NCBI RefSeq assembly: GCF_000007005.1
Contig: NC_002754.1
Length of the DNA: 64,000 bases
Reading direction: 5' to 3' (one strand)
Origin: Saccharolobus solfataricus P2
GTDB lineage: Archaea > Thermoproteota > Thermoprotei_A > Sulfolobales > Sulfolobaceae
Part shown: piece after piece, positions 52,632-63,101 of the stretch
How positions within the stretch are numbered: position 1 is the first letter of the stretch
Layout: the number at the start of each line of letters is the position of its first letter
Program-made: the position numbers and the translations under genes
Notes under the pieces: model-generated
What the model was told of the DNA's origin: nothing
What the model saw: only the letters and a program-made list of their open reading frames with translations
The model's database searches: none

Positions 52632-53381
52632 ACTCTGCAACATCCCCTTGTACTTCTTGTACATCTGGGCCTTGGCAGATATGACGAAGTCCAAGCCCAA
52701 CTCCAAGAGGTATCTAATCACTTCGTTCACTGCGAACTCCCTGTCCGCGAAGACCATGACGAGCCTCAGCTTGTCCTCCTCCAACTCCTTCACGATTACC
52801 TCCATCACCGCCTTGAAACCTTCAGCTATGTTCTTCACGGTCACTGGGATCACGTCCAAGAAGCTCCTCGTCCTCCCCAGGAGGAAGATCGCAGCTTGAA
52901 CCAGTCCCCACGACGTCCCCTTAGTTGGCTTTATCCTACTCAAGAAACTCTTGTTAGCGTGGTATTGAGGTATGGCATGGAAGTCCACTGCTACCCTCCT
53001 GTCCCTGACTCCCCTTAACGTCATCCTCCCCATCTTCCTCAACGCATCCCTCACGTCCTCAACTTGAACCGCGTTCAACTTTCTCAACGCTCTTCTCCCA
53101 TCTTTTCCCAACCTGCTCAAGTAGCTCCCACTCGCCTTAAGCAAGGCACTGAGGAGTTCCTCAGGGAAAAGTATTTTAGTGAGGACCGAGTAAATTATCT
53201 TGAGGGCAGACCTGGCGAAGTCCCGGTTGAACTTCGCCGGTTTAGTTGTATTCTCATGCTTCAAACATTCAGGTTCGCCCTCGTATATACAAACTTTTCT
53301 CCAGAAATTCTCATCCTCTCAACTTTTTCTGTATTTCATTCATCTCGTTTTTTACGAGAAAAAAGAGATTCCCATACTGAC
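52632..53381 (-). mobile_element. 5' half of an ISH3-family element (ISC1200/ISC1359-like)
   Basis: Terminus GTCAGTATGGGAATCTC; VAVDFH, VFADREF; truncated at SM2. Confidence 0.8.
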
Positions 53382-53646
53382 GTGTAAGAAGGTTTTGTAC
53401 TTCGATTCATTCGTCAAGCTTCTCTAACTTTCTCGATGTTCGGATGAGACTATGCACGTCGTTTTCACCACGTGAGAAAAATTCAGAATTCTTCTCTTAT
53501 TATTAGAATTGTACGCTATGTTTATTTGAGATTATCTTAACATGTTATGTTTCATGATATGTTTATCGTTTTTCTCTATATCTATCTCTTTTTGAAAGGA
53601 CTAATATTATTTCTTTCAAATGAAATAATTTGGTGGAACACCACTG
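53382..53646 (+). mobile_element. ISC1439 right-end remnant
   Basis: Matches ~8385-8648. Confidence 0.85.
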
Positions 53647-53677
53647 TTTTAAATACCTATATGGAAAAACTATACTT

Positions 53678-54004
53678 ATGGAATTAGAGAAGTACGCTAA
53701 ATTCCTTGAGGATTATGCTAACTTTGTGAAGAATAATAAACCTATCATTAACATACCATTATCTCCTGAGGAGTTGTTATCTGAGGCTTCCAGGATTAGA
53801 GCATTGTCAAGGGTTAAGAGGGAGAATGGTTTAATTATTGTCAAGTTGGCTGAGGGTAATGCCGAACATTGGGCACACTTCGAAGGAGAAGTAATCATGA
53901 CTTTTGATAACTTGTACAGACCATTAAAAATAGAAATAGAGATAAAAGACACAATGGATAGTGAAAAAGTGTTAAAGGATGCTAACCTTATCGGCACATC
54001 TTAG
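53678..54004 (+). CDS. Small protein, candidate antitoxin (DUF2283-like C-terminus)
   Basis: ATG at 53678; MTFDNLYRPLKIEIEI; overlaps the next gene. Confidence 0.5.
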   Translation: MELEKYAKFLEDYANFVKNNKPIINIPLSPEELLSEASRIRALSRVKRENGLIIVKLAEGNAEHWAHFEGEVIMTFDNLYRPLKIEIEIKDTMDSEKVLKDANLIGTS

Positions 54005-54281
54005 GAAGCATTTAGAGGATATAAATAATTATCTGAAAAAATTCAATAATACTATAGATCCATTAAGTGATAATGTACTTTCTTTTTTAGCTAATTTAAA
54101 GGGAACTCCTCAAGTACCGAATAAAATTTTAGGCGAAAGTGAAAGGTGGAGAGTGTCATTCTTCATTTTAAACCCTGTGCAAAAAATAAGGTATGTTATA
54201 GCTAAGAGAGGAGAAGAGCTAATTTTGGTTACTGCACATCCAGATCCTGACGCTGATAAGTTCGTAGAATTTCAAGGTTAA
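53979..54281 (+). CDS. Small protein, candidate RelE/BrnT-like toxin
   Basis: WRV...RYVIAKRGEELILVTAHP. Confidence 0.45.
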   Translation: MLTLSAHLRKHLEDINNYLKKFNNTIDPLSDNVLSFLANLKGTPQVPNKILGESERWRVSFFILNPVQKIRYVIAKRGEELILVTAHPDPDADKFVEFQG

Positions 54282-54321
54282 AACGTTTTATAATCATTTT
54301 ATAAATCTTACGGAAGGTCTT

Positions 54322-54449
54322 GCTTTGTGGACTTGTTGAATTTTAGCAAACGTTTAAGAGATCTCACAAGCCTAAATTGTGGACCTTGAGATTAATTGAA
54401 AGTAAGATAATGGTGATTATTGTAAAAATATTCAATAAATTGACAAAGC
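54322..54449. mobile_element. SM3-like MITE, copy 2
   Basis: 20-bp imperfect TIR GCTTTGTGGACTTGTTGAAT / ATTCAATAAATTGACAAAGC. Confidence 0.75.
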
Positions 54450-54480
54450 TTTGGATAAAGAAAAGTTTTTAAACTGTGCA

Positions 54481-55104
54481 ATGATTGTTAAAAATGGTAT
54501 GAAAAAAAAGCTCGATAAAAATTTTACTGTTACAACTCTTAAGACCGTAAGAGTTTCTAAGAAGTTAGTAGAAAAGTTGGATAGTATATTATACAAACAA
54601 AACAAAAACTTTAATCAACTTATTAATGAATTTATAGAAGAATACGTTAATTATAGAAATAAATTAGAACAAATAACTCGAGAAAAACCAATAATTATCT
54701 CTTCTAGATTCTTTAAACATTTAATCGATTTACTAGGTGAGGATTTGGAAAAAATAAAAGAGAAATCCTACAAGCTAGGAAAGGAATGGGGAAAAGAGTA
54801 TCTCCTATTATGGAACAATTCTAATGTTTCCTCCACCACGTTAAATGATATAAATATCTTTATAAAATATCTTAAAGATATAGCAGAGTACTCCGGTCTA
54901 TATAAGTTAGATATTATTGAGAAAAAAGGAAGTTTAACGGTAATATTTCACCACGATTATAGTAATATTTTCTCTGCACTATTAGCTTTTTATTACAAGG
55001 GAATATTTGAAGCCTTCTATGATAATTATGAAATATCAGATATCGCAATCAACCAAAATAACTTTATTATTTCAATAACTATGAAAAATTTAGATCATCT
55101 ATGA
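54481..55104 (+). CDS. Putative regulator: N-terminal RHH plus V4R-like ligand domain
   Basis: KTVRVSKKLVEKL..NFNQLINEFIEEY; G..WG and FYKGIFE segments. Confidence 0.55.
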   Translation: MIVKNGMKKKLDKNFTVTTLKTVRVSKKLVEKLDSILYKQNKNFNQLINEFIEEYVNYRNKLEQITREKPIIISSRFFKHLIDLLGEDLEKIKEKSYKLGKEWGKEYLLLWNNSNVSSTTLNDINIFIKYLKDIAEYSGLYKLDIIEKKGSLTVIFHHDYSNIFSALLAFYYKGIFEAFYDNYEISDIAINQNNFIISITMKNLDHL

Positions 55105-55261
55105 TATTGTAATATTAACAGAATAATCATCAAATACATTAAAAACATAATAAAGATATGAATAATTATAACGAAAAATTTGGAGTTCCTTAACCTTCTT
55201 ATAATACTTGTTATTAGCTTTCTACTATATAGCATAGAATTCACTAGTTATCATCTATTTA

Positions 55262-57244
55262 TTAATGACTCTTGTGCTCCCTATGTAGAGGTTGTCCATT
55301 GATTCTCAGTTGTCTAGGTAAATAGATAGTAGGATTCTTATCAAAGAACCCGTCTGGTATAAGTCGGAATCCCGCCATTTCAACAGGCATCACTGGCCAA
55401 TCCTCTATTCTTACTACGTGCTCTACTCCTAATGTATACCATATCACTAGATCCTCATCTACGATAGATCTTTTCTTTAATATGTATTTAGGAAGGCCAT
55501 CGTTAGCTCGCAAATAAGGATAGTCTCCACTAGCGTATCTCTCCTCTTCATTGTATGGAGTTACCCACAGATGATAATTTATGTAAGCACCACGTCTTCT
55601 TACATAGGAATCGTCCGGTAGTGGAGGTAAAACATTATGTCCCGGTACTAGTCTATAGGCTACCGGTAAACCCAGATAGTTTTTCTTTTGTATGTTCACT
55701 ATTTTCCAATATCTCCCAGTTTGAGGATTTACATGTCTTCTGGCATCAGCTTCATTCTCCAATAAATTCTCCTCTGCGAAAAATGCATTACCTACTGGGT
55801 TCTTTTCAGTTATAGGTTCTCCTCTTAGATTTACTTCATAAATTCTATTCCTTAAACCATCAACGTTTATATTTAACCTTATGTTAAAGAAATGTATATG
55901 AATTGGGGCATAAACCTCTGGTGTAACTCTAGTGCCATATTTTGGTGTTGGGTCTTTTTCGCTTATACTATCATCGTTTATTATTCCAGTTAGTTTTACT
56001 AGAAATTCGATACTGCCATCCTGGTAAAAATACCAGAAGAATCCATAATCGTAATTAGCTAACGTCGCCCAAAATGAGACAACAAGCCTTCTGTTTCTTC
56101 TTACCTCGGACTTACCACTTCTTAAATCGGTATGCCTCCATAAGACTCCAAAGTCCTCTTCATGAACACAAATAGCTTTCTTTATTTTAATAGGAGTCCC
56201 ATTAGAACTAACCCTTGTCACATCTAAATGATATATAACTTCTCCAAAACAATCACAGTTATATAGATCATAGTTTCCGTGTGATAATGGCACAATAAAG
56301 TTTCCCAACCCATAATCACCTGCATCCAACACCATTTTTTTATTATGGAATGGAGAGGGATCTCCGTAAGGTACCATTAAATCCACTACAGAAGCCCTAT
56401 ATAATATCATTCTTTCTCGATTATTTTCATCAATATATCTAACATCATAAATAACTAAACCCTCTCTAGGTGTATAACCAATTCTTAATCTCCATCTATA
56501 CCAACTTATCTCCCAACCATTAATTTTAATACTTGAGGATAATGGTTGTCTTATCTCAATAGGCTTCAGATCGTCGCCAAATATCTTACCTAGCTTTTCA
56601 GGCGTATAATTAGCATCTTGTAATGGGAGAGGTGAAGTTCCATGATCGTCTATTCTGATAACCTCCATTTTATCTAGATCAACCCAAGGCATAAGCCCAT
56701 GAACTGGCCTACCATATCCATTGTCCTCTATATCTTTTTTTACCCACATATACCCTATTGCTACCCTTCTACCTCGCAACTCCTCGTCAACATGACCGGG
56801 AGCCCAACAGTCAACCATTAGCAAGTTCAAATCGTTTATTAAGATTCCCCTTTTAGTCAAAGCCTCTTGTACTCTTTTGTCATTTCGAACTGCTTTTTCA
56901 CATTCTCCAAATTCATCTAACGTAATAGGTGGATAAGCGGCATCAATACTTCTTATTTCCTTCACTACGTTATTATCTAAGGATATTATTGCTTCATAAA
57001 CCTTTCGGTCTTGAAAATTATAGTATTTAACTAATGATTCTCTCTCTATTTTAATATTTTTGTTATTTCTCCATTCCAAATATTCTTGTTTTTTAGGCTC
57101 TTTCAATTCCACTGAGAAGAATTTAACTACTTTAGCATCTAAATTTAACTGTCTTTTTAAAACTTCCACGCTCTTTCTTATCTCTTCTTCATTTAACGGG
57201 TCTAACGGGGATTTAGATATAGCTACTTGTTCCTCCTCGACCAT
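55262..57244 (-). CDS. tynA: Copper/TPQ-dependent primary amine oxidase
   Basis: ANYDY (TPQ consensus), HIH copper ligands, HEED, EDWPVMP. Confidence 0.93.
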   Translation of the reverse strand: MVEEEQVAISKSPLDPLNEEEIRKSVEVLKRQLNLDAKVVKFFSVELKEPKKQEYLEWRNNKNIKIERESLVKYYNFQDRKVYEAIISLDNNVVKEIRSIDAAYPPITLDEFGECEKAVRNDKRVQEALTKRGILINDLNLLMVDCWAPGHVDEELRGRRVAIGYMWVKKDIEDNGYGRPVHGLMPWVDLDKMEVIRIDDHGTSPLPLQDANYTPEKLGKIFGDDLKPIEIRQPLSSSIKINGWEISWYRWRLRIGYTPREGLVIYDVRYIDENNRERMILYRASVVDLMVPYGDPSPFHNKKMVLDAGDYGLGNFIVPLSHGNYDLYNCDCFGEVIYHLDVTRVSSNGTPIKIKKAICVHEEDFGVLWRHTDLRSGKSEVRRNRRLVVSFWATLANYDYGFFWYFYQDGSIEFLVKLTGIINDDSISEKDPTPKYGTRVTPEVYAPIHIHFFNIRLNINVDGLRNRIYEVNLRGEPITEKNPVGNAFFAEENLLENEADARRHVNPQTGRYWKIVNIQKKNYLGLPVAYRLVPGHNVLPPLPDDSYVRRRGAYINYHLWVTPYNEEERYASGDYPYLRANDGLPKYILKKRSIVDEDLVIWYTLGVEHVVRIEDWPVMPVEMAGFRLIPDGFFDKNPTIYLPRQLRINGQPLHREHKSH

Positions 57245-57395
57245 GATTTTTACACCATCTATATTTATCTCTCTATTTTATATATTTAAATATAATTTGT
57301 ACAAATATATATTACTAGGTAATACATAGAAATATCAAGTATTTCTTAAAAATACTAGTTATATTTATTTTTTATGATTTCTCTTATAACTGCTA

Positions 57396-58784
57396 GTGGA
57401 AAAAATGGGAAAGGAAACTGAAAAAAATACGCAACAAGGATTAGCTAAAGGTGTGGTAGGCTACAGAGAGGTGTTAGCTCAAGGCATTGCATCAGGGGCT
57501 CCTGCCGCTGCTACTATTGGAACATTAACTGGTGCAGCTGCATTCGCTTATGGCGCTCTTCCACTAGCTGTAGCAATAGCATTAATAATGGTTTTATTGG
57601 ATGCCACTAGACTATCTATAATAGCGCGCTATGTTCAGAGTGCGGGAGGTATCTACGCTTTTATTGAAAGGGGTTTAGGTAAGAAGGTTGCCTTTGTCGC
57701 TAGTATGGCATATACAATATATATATTTGCGGTGATTATCTTTGTATATTTAATCATGGGCTTAATGGTACCTACAGGGATTGAAGAACTTGGAATAAAT
57801 TTGCCATCGTGGATTTGGATACCTTTAGGACTAGTTAACGCTATAGTAAGTGTTATAATTTCATACTTAGGTATAAGACCATCCTTAAAGTTCACCTTAA
57901 TCATGAGTATAGCTGAAATAACTGGCATAATAGCTACTTCAATTCTTATATTTTCCAAAATCCCGCCCGATATCAATACCTTTACGCTTGCTTATGTACC
58001 ACCCCCAAAGATATCAAATTTAGGTTTAGGAGTTTCCTTTGGAATTCTGGCTTTTACGGGTTATGAAACTGTATCAGTATTGGGTGAAGAGGCTAAAGAT
58101 CCAAGGAATAATATAGCAAAAGGAGTTTTTACAGCAGCCCTTCTATTAGGTATCACATATATAGTGGGTTCAGAAGCGTTTACCGTGGGATGGGGAGTTA
58201 ATAACATGAGTACATATTTTAACTATTTAGCACCGGGATTAATATTGGCTAAAACCTTCGGAGGTACAATACTACTAATAATCCTAACAGCCCTTCTAAT
58301 AAATAGTAACCTTGCTTGTGCAACCGGATTTACTAATTGTGTGACAAGAGTTATGTACGCTATGAGTGTGGACAAATTATTACCATCTAAATTGAGTTCA
58401 ATACATCCGAAAAGAAGGACTCCGCATATTGCCAGTCTTTTCACCTTCATTTTTACAGCTTTATACTTCATTATAATGTCTCTGATATTCTCACCTTCCA
58501 ATATTTTTATAGCTACTGGAATTACTACTACGTTCGGATTTTTAATAGCGATATTTGTAGTAAATATAAGTATGTTAATTGTAGTGAAGAAGAATAACGC
58601 ATTAAATATAGGAAATATACTTATTGTAGCAATTGTTGAAGCGATAATTGGCTATGTATTTTATGCGACTGTTATAACGAGTGCAATCAATGTGCCGGTA
58701 TTAATTGGAGTTTTAACGTTAGTTTTATGGGTGGTTGGGGGCATAATTTATCTTACGCTTAAAAGGTTTTTTACCCAAAAGTAA
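57396..58784 (+). CDS. APC family amino acid/amine permease
   Basis: SAGGIYAFI, FTGYE..LGEEAKDP, RVMYAMS; about 12 TM helices. Confidence 0.9.
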   Translation: MEKMGKETEKNTQQGLAKGVVGYREVLAQGIASGAPAAATIGTLTGAAAFAYGALPLAVAIALIMVLLDATRLSIIARYVQSAGGIYAFIERGLGKKVAFVASMAYTIYIFAVIIFVYLIMGLMVPTGIEELGINLPSWIWIPLGLVNAIVSVIISYLGIRPSLKFTLIMSIAEITGIIATSILIFSKIPPDINTFTLAYVPPPKISNLGLGVSFGILAFTGYETVSVLGEEAKDPRNNIAKGVFTAALLLGITYIVGSEAFTVGWGVNNMSTYFNYLAPGLILAKTFGGTILLIILTALLINSNLACATGFTNCVTRVMYAMSVDKLLPSKLSSIHPKRRTPHIASLFTFIFTALYFIIMSLIFSPSNIFIATGITTTFGFLIAIFVVNISMLIVVKKNNALNIGNILIVAIVEAIIGYVFYATVITSAINVPVLIGVLTLVLWVVGGIIYLTLKRFFTQK

Positions 58785-58974
58785 ATCTCTTTTTATTTCA
58801 TTTTTGATGAGTTTATCTTTATTTAATCCTTTAGTTTTCAATTTTTGCTTAACAGTTGCATGATTTTGAGGGATGTTCTCATACAGACATCTTATTTAAC
58901 AACCATCAGTAAATGATACGAGATTATCCTAATACAATACTGTATTCTCTTCAAGCGTACCTCGTATCAAGATT

Positions 58975-59205
58975 AGCATTTTACGTATTTTTCCTTCTCT
59001 TAAACAGTTTCTTAATCCCACCCAAAGAGTGATAAATATTTTTTATCAACCTTGATATCCTCTTGACATCTAACTTCAAACCAAGGGAGTACTTGAACGA
59101 GAGGACCAAGAACAAGGAGAGGACCTTCAAGGTCACAAAACCCTTGTTCCTAACCCAAGTGAGGAAAGAACCCAACCCCAACGCCTTTAACTCCCTAATC
59201 AAAAC
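58975..59205 (-). pseudogene. 3' remnant of an ISC1217-like transposase with terminus
   Basis: IRELKALGL..FLTWVRN; TAGCATTTTACG end. Confidence 0.75.
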
Positions 59206-59230
59206 CCCAACAACGACTCTCCCATGAAGT

Positions 59231-59276
59231 TATAGTCTTTTTCTTAATAGGCACTACATGCTCCGCCTCTAACAAA
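59231..59276 (-). repeat. 46-bp inverted copy of the non-coding segment downstream of the 60839 IS110 transposase
   Basis: 44/46 match to 62075-62120. Confidence 0.8.
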
Positions 59277-59519
59277 GTGACCGTAGCAGATCGGGATTCT
59301 CTGCCACCGTAGGAGATGCGAAGGAGAAATTAATATTTCCCAATACAAAATATAGAAGAACACTCGAATAAGTCTAAATAGTTAATGAATTAAACTTGAT
59401 AGAACTTGAGAACAAATAATAAAGGAGAATCAATAAAAATTGTTTCATACTAACCTCTTCCTCCAGTTTCTCGAGCACGTCACGAAACTTATTAACCCAA
59501 TAGCTTGTATAATCACGCG

Positions 59520-60416
59520 TCAAAAACAAATAATAGAACTCCTCCTCCATCGAATCAAGAGTGTATTCAAAATTATAATAAGTATTAACCCACGAACCAA
59601 GTCCCTCCAGACCAACTCAATCGGATTCAAATCCGGAGAATACGGAGGTAAGAAAAGCAAGGTAATGCCGAGCTGAGAAGCAACGGAGAAAACATAAGCA
59701 TTCTTGTGAAACTTAGCATTATCAAGGATCAACACGATAGGACCGGAATTCCTAAACAAGCGAAGAAACTCAGCAAAGATCTTGAAATTAACATTGGAAT
59801 AGGTGGACATGAAACAAGGAACACCGTCAAACAAGGGAATAGAAGCGAGAACATTAAGCTTCTTACTGGGATAATCAACGGAAACATTATACAACCCCAA
59901 TCTCCTGGAAGGATCGTGATGAATACCGGACTCGTCCATGAAAAACACCTTAACACCCTTCTTAATAACACCCTTTAACCTCCCCCTCAAGATGTTATCT
60001 GCATTAAAGGGCCTCTTCTTGTTATATGGTTTTATGTAGGGGATTTTCAATCTCTTTCTAGCTATTCTCCAAGCTGTTACATGGCTTAATTTAACGTGAA
60101 ACTTCTCCTCTATATAAGCCTTTGCTTCCCATATGGTTTTACCTTGAAGTTCTTCTACTTTTATCTCCTTTTCGTCTATCTTCTTGTTTCTTCCTTTTCT
60201 CTCCTTGTAGAATAGGCATTTCTCTCCTTCTTTCTCGAATTGGTTGATCCATCTGTAAACTGTGCTCAAGTGTACTTGTAGTATCTTGGCTATTTTTCTA
60301 GTGTTCATTCCTTTCAAGTATAGTAATATTCCTCTTGCTTTGGTTTCGTTTAGGTTCTTGGGCTTCTTTTCGATCAGCTTTCTGATCCTCCTTTTTAGTG
60401 TCCTAAGCACATCCAT
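59520..60416 (-). CDS. IS630-family transposase (3' end probably frameshifted)
   Basis: HTH, MDESG, LDNAKFH, PPYSPDLNPIE. Confidence 0.85.
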   Translation of the reverse strand: MDVLRTLKRRIRKLIEKKPKNLNETKARGILLYLKGMNTRKIAKILQVHLSTVYRWINQFEKEGEKCLFYKERKGRNKKIDEKEIKVEELQGKTIWEAKAYIEEKFHVKLSHVTAWRIARKRLKIPYIKPYNKKRPFNADNILRGRLKGVIKKGVKVFFMDESGIHHDPSRRLGLYNVSVDYPSKKLNVLASIPLFDGVPCFMSTYSNVNFKIFAEFLRLFRNSGPIVLILDNAKFHKNAYVFSVASQLGITLLFLPPYSPDLNPIELVWRDLVRGLILIIILNTLLIRWRRSSIICF

Positions 60417-60539
60417 TTATCTTTAATACTTCTTTTTATCTAATTGGGGAGATGCTGGGTTAAACGAGTAGTGTCCTAAGCACGTCCATTTTCCAGCATC
60501 TCCCCACTAAGTTTGATAATCCCTTCTAGTCCCCTTTGT

Positions 60540-60692
60540 AACTCCTACGGGGAATTCACGCAAAACTAGAGAACGAGTAAAACCAAGTATTACAAGAGAA
60601 AAACAAATAAGCAAGGAAGGAGAAAAACAACATAAGCCCAGTCGCAACATGGGGATAAAAACCCCAGATATTAGGCTGGCTGTGAAGCCCCT
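60540..60692. repeat. Uninterrupted copy of the repeat at 4595-4734
   Basis: Inverted homology; contains the empty IS110 target at 60545-60560. Confidence 0.75.
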
Positions 60693-60838
60693 AGAACGAT
60701 CTAACAAGAGGGGACAAAACCCCGAGTAGGAGTGTGAAAGTAAATTTTTCTAGGGGCTGAAGGTAGTTAATATTATGCGAGAAAAACGTGGTATCATGAT
60801 AGTAAAGAATATCTCGCATACACGAGCAATATTCTATC

Positions 60839-62073
60839 ATGGAAAGTGAGATTAAGACAAGGGGTTTCGCAATAGACGTTTCAAGGGACAAGTTGACGGT
60901 AGCGAAAGCTGAACTTGTAATAACGCAAGAGAAAAGGGAAGTAGAGGTCAACGAGGTGAGGGAATTCAAGTACGACAACGAGGGAATAGAAGAACTAATC
61001 AAATTCCTTGGCGAATATAAGGAAGGGATAATGGAGTCAACCGGACCGTACTTCTTCTACCTACACTAGTATTTTGGAAAAGTTCTTAGACTATGATCTA
61101 GTGGTATATCCTTTGCCTAAAGCTATAAACTTTCTGAAAGCACTAACGAAGAACTAACAGAAAAGGGATATAAGGTAACAGTAATAAATCCCTTACACTT
61201 GAAGGAAGTATTCGGAAAGAAGACCGACAAGCTAGACGCGCAAAGACTGGCAAAAGCCTTCATCCTGGGAGCAGTTAAGGGGTCATACATACCGACCGGG
61301 GAAATAAGGGAATTGAGGGAGTTAACGAGGTATAGGGAGAGTTTGATGAGGAAGATAACGCAAGTAAAGAACGAGATAAGGAAGTTTCTAGAAATGGCGG
61401 GATACAAGATAGAGCCCTTTGATAAGAGGGGAATGGCGTTGCTGGAGAAGTTAAGTAGGGGAGAAGGGCTGAGCAAGGAGGAAAGGGACGAGTTGAAGGA
61501 GAAGTTAGGGAGAAGTTTGAATGATGCTGAGAAGCTAGCTTTGAAGCAGCTGGTAGACTTACTGAAGAGCTTGGAGGCTATGGTTAAGGAAGTTGAGGAC
61601 ATGATAATTTCTAAGATTCCTCAGCCTGTGGTCGAGTTGAGCCGGGAGTTGGTTTGATCAGTGCTGCAACCATTTACGCTGAGTTCGGTGATGTTTCTCG
61701 TTTTTCCAGTTCTAAGGCTGCAAGGGCTTATGCTGGTTTTGCTCCCAGGACTAAGCAGAGTGGTGAGAGCGAGTCTCACTCTGGTATGATTAGGGGTAAT
61801 AAGTATTTGCGTAGGGCTTTTTTCTTGGTTGCTAGGGTTGCTAGGAAGTCTGAACGTTTTAAGGAGTATTACGATAGGCTTGTCTCCAAGTGGAAGAGTG
61901 CTACTAAGGCTACTTGTGCTCTTGGTGGGAAGCTTGCTTGTATTTGTTATCACGTTATAAAGGATGGTGTTTACAAGGGTGATGTTAAGAAGAGTTTTAG
62001 GGCACCTAGGGGGAAGGACGTTAACGTTCAAGATGTTGATGTGGGTGATGTGCTGGACTCGTTGTCCCAGTAG
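60839..62073 (+). pseudogene. IS110 transposase (ISC1491-like) broken by SM1 and a frameshift
   Basis: AIDVSRD, MESTG, KKTDKLDA, KQSG..RGNKYLRR. Confidence 0.88.
61067..61145. mobile_element. 79-bp SM1-like MITE, copy 2
   Basis: 2-bp AC duplication; removal restores YLHEELTEK. Confidence 0.88.
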
Positions 62074-62385
62074 GTTTGTTAGAGGCGGAGCATGTAGTGC
62101 CTAATATGAAAAAGACTATATTTTGGTGGGGAAGACCCGGTGTTATCACCTTGTCTTCACCACGTGATAATACCGGGTTCCTCACCTTAAACCTATCTTC
62201 AATTAGTTGCGTTCTTGTCAAAGCTATAAATTCTATTATTTTTCAGAATCTGATGTTACCCAACCAAAATTATTTTTTGTAAAACGATTTTGGATCTACC
62301 GTTTAGGAGGGGGTAGATCACAGAATTAAATGACTTCATGAGAGCACTTCCAGTTATTGTTAATATTTTGTGATGATATTGTTCT

Positions 62386-62775
62386 TTATTTCCTTATCTT
62401 ATTTTTAGCTTCTAATATTTCATTATCAAGGCTCAATATTTCACTATCAAGAATAATGCTAGCGGAGAGGTGAAGTAAATCTAGTGTCTTTAATTTCACT
62501 TTACTAGATATTTTAATGGCGAGATCTATCACTTTGCCAAGATCGACTTCTTCAATCTCACATCCGCACTTACTAAGAGTGTAATTAACTATTGCCTCTA
62601 ATTCCTCGTCAGTGAGATTTAATTTTCTAGAGTAAACTGAATACATTTCAGCTAAAACTATTTTGCTTATTACTTTCTTACCATCATTAGGATAGGTCTT
62701 TAACGCAACCTCATGGTTAGGGTCTTTCTCATTAACTAGTGCTATTGCAAGACTTGTATCAATATAGTATTTCAC
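62386..62775 (-). CDS. vapC: VapC PIN-domain toxin
   Basis: YIDTSLAIA, LAEMY, TLDLLHLSA. Confidence 0.9.
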   Translation of the reverse strand: MKYYIDTSLAIALVNEKDPNHEVALKTYPNDGKKVISKIVLAEMYSVYSRKLNLTDEELEAIVNYTLSKCGCEIEEVDLGKVIDLAIKISSKVKLKTLDLLHLSASIILDSEILSLDNEILEAKNKIRK

Positions 62776-63014
62776 TCTCTATCCCTTATTACATCATTTG
62801 AGGTTGGCAAATCAAAGAGTAAGCCTTCTTTTAACCACTTCTCTGTTAATTCCTTAACTTTCTTCTTTCTCTCAATCTCTTCCATAGCCTTACTCAAACC
62901 ATAAGATATAATCAAGTTAAAAGCCTCATTCTTTGATTTAACTATACCTAACTCAACCATTTGCTCTGCAATACTATAATACTCATCCTTTACCTTTATT
63001 GTTACTATCCTCAT
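62772..63014 (-). CDS. vapB: VapB antitoxin
   Basis: IVTIKV..MVELGIVKSKNEAFN; overlaps vapC. Confidence 0.8.
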   Translation of the reverse strand: MRIVTIKVKDEYYSIAEQMVELGIVKSKNEAFNLIISYGLSKAMEEIERKKKVKELTEKWLKEGLLFDLPTSNDVIRDRE

Positions 63015-63101
63015 ACTATTATATTACTTAAGTAAAAGAATATATAAAGTTAGCGTGTTGCGAGTTACATCAGAATTATACAAAAGTTTATAGTTAATTA
63101 C

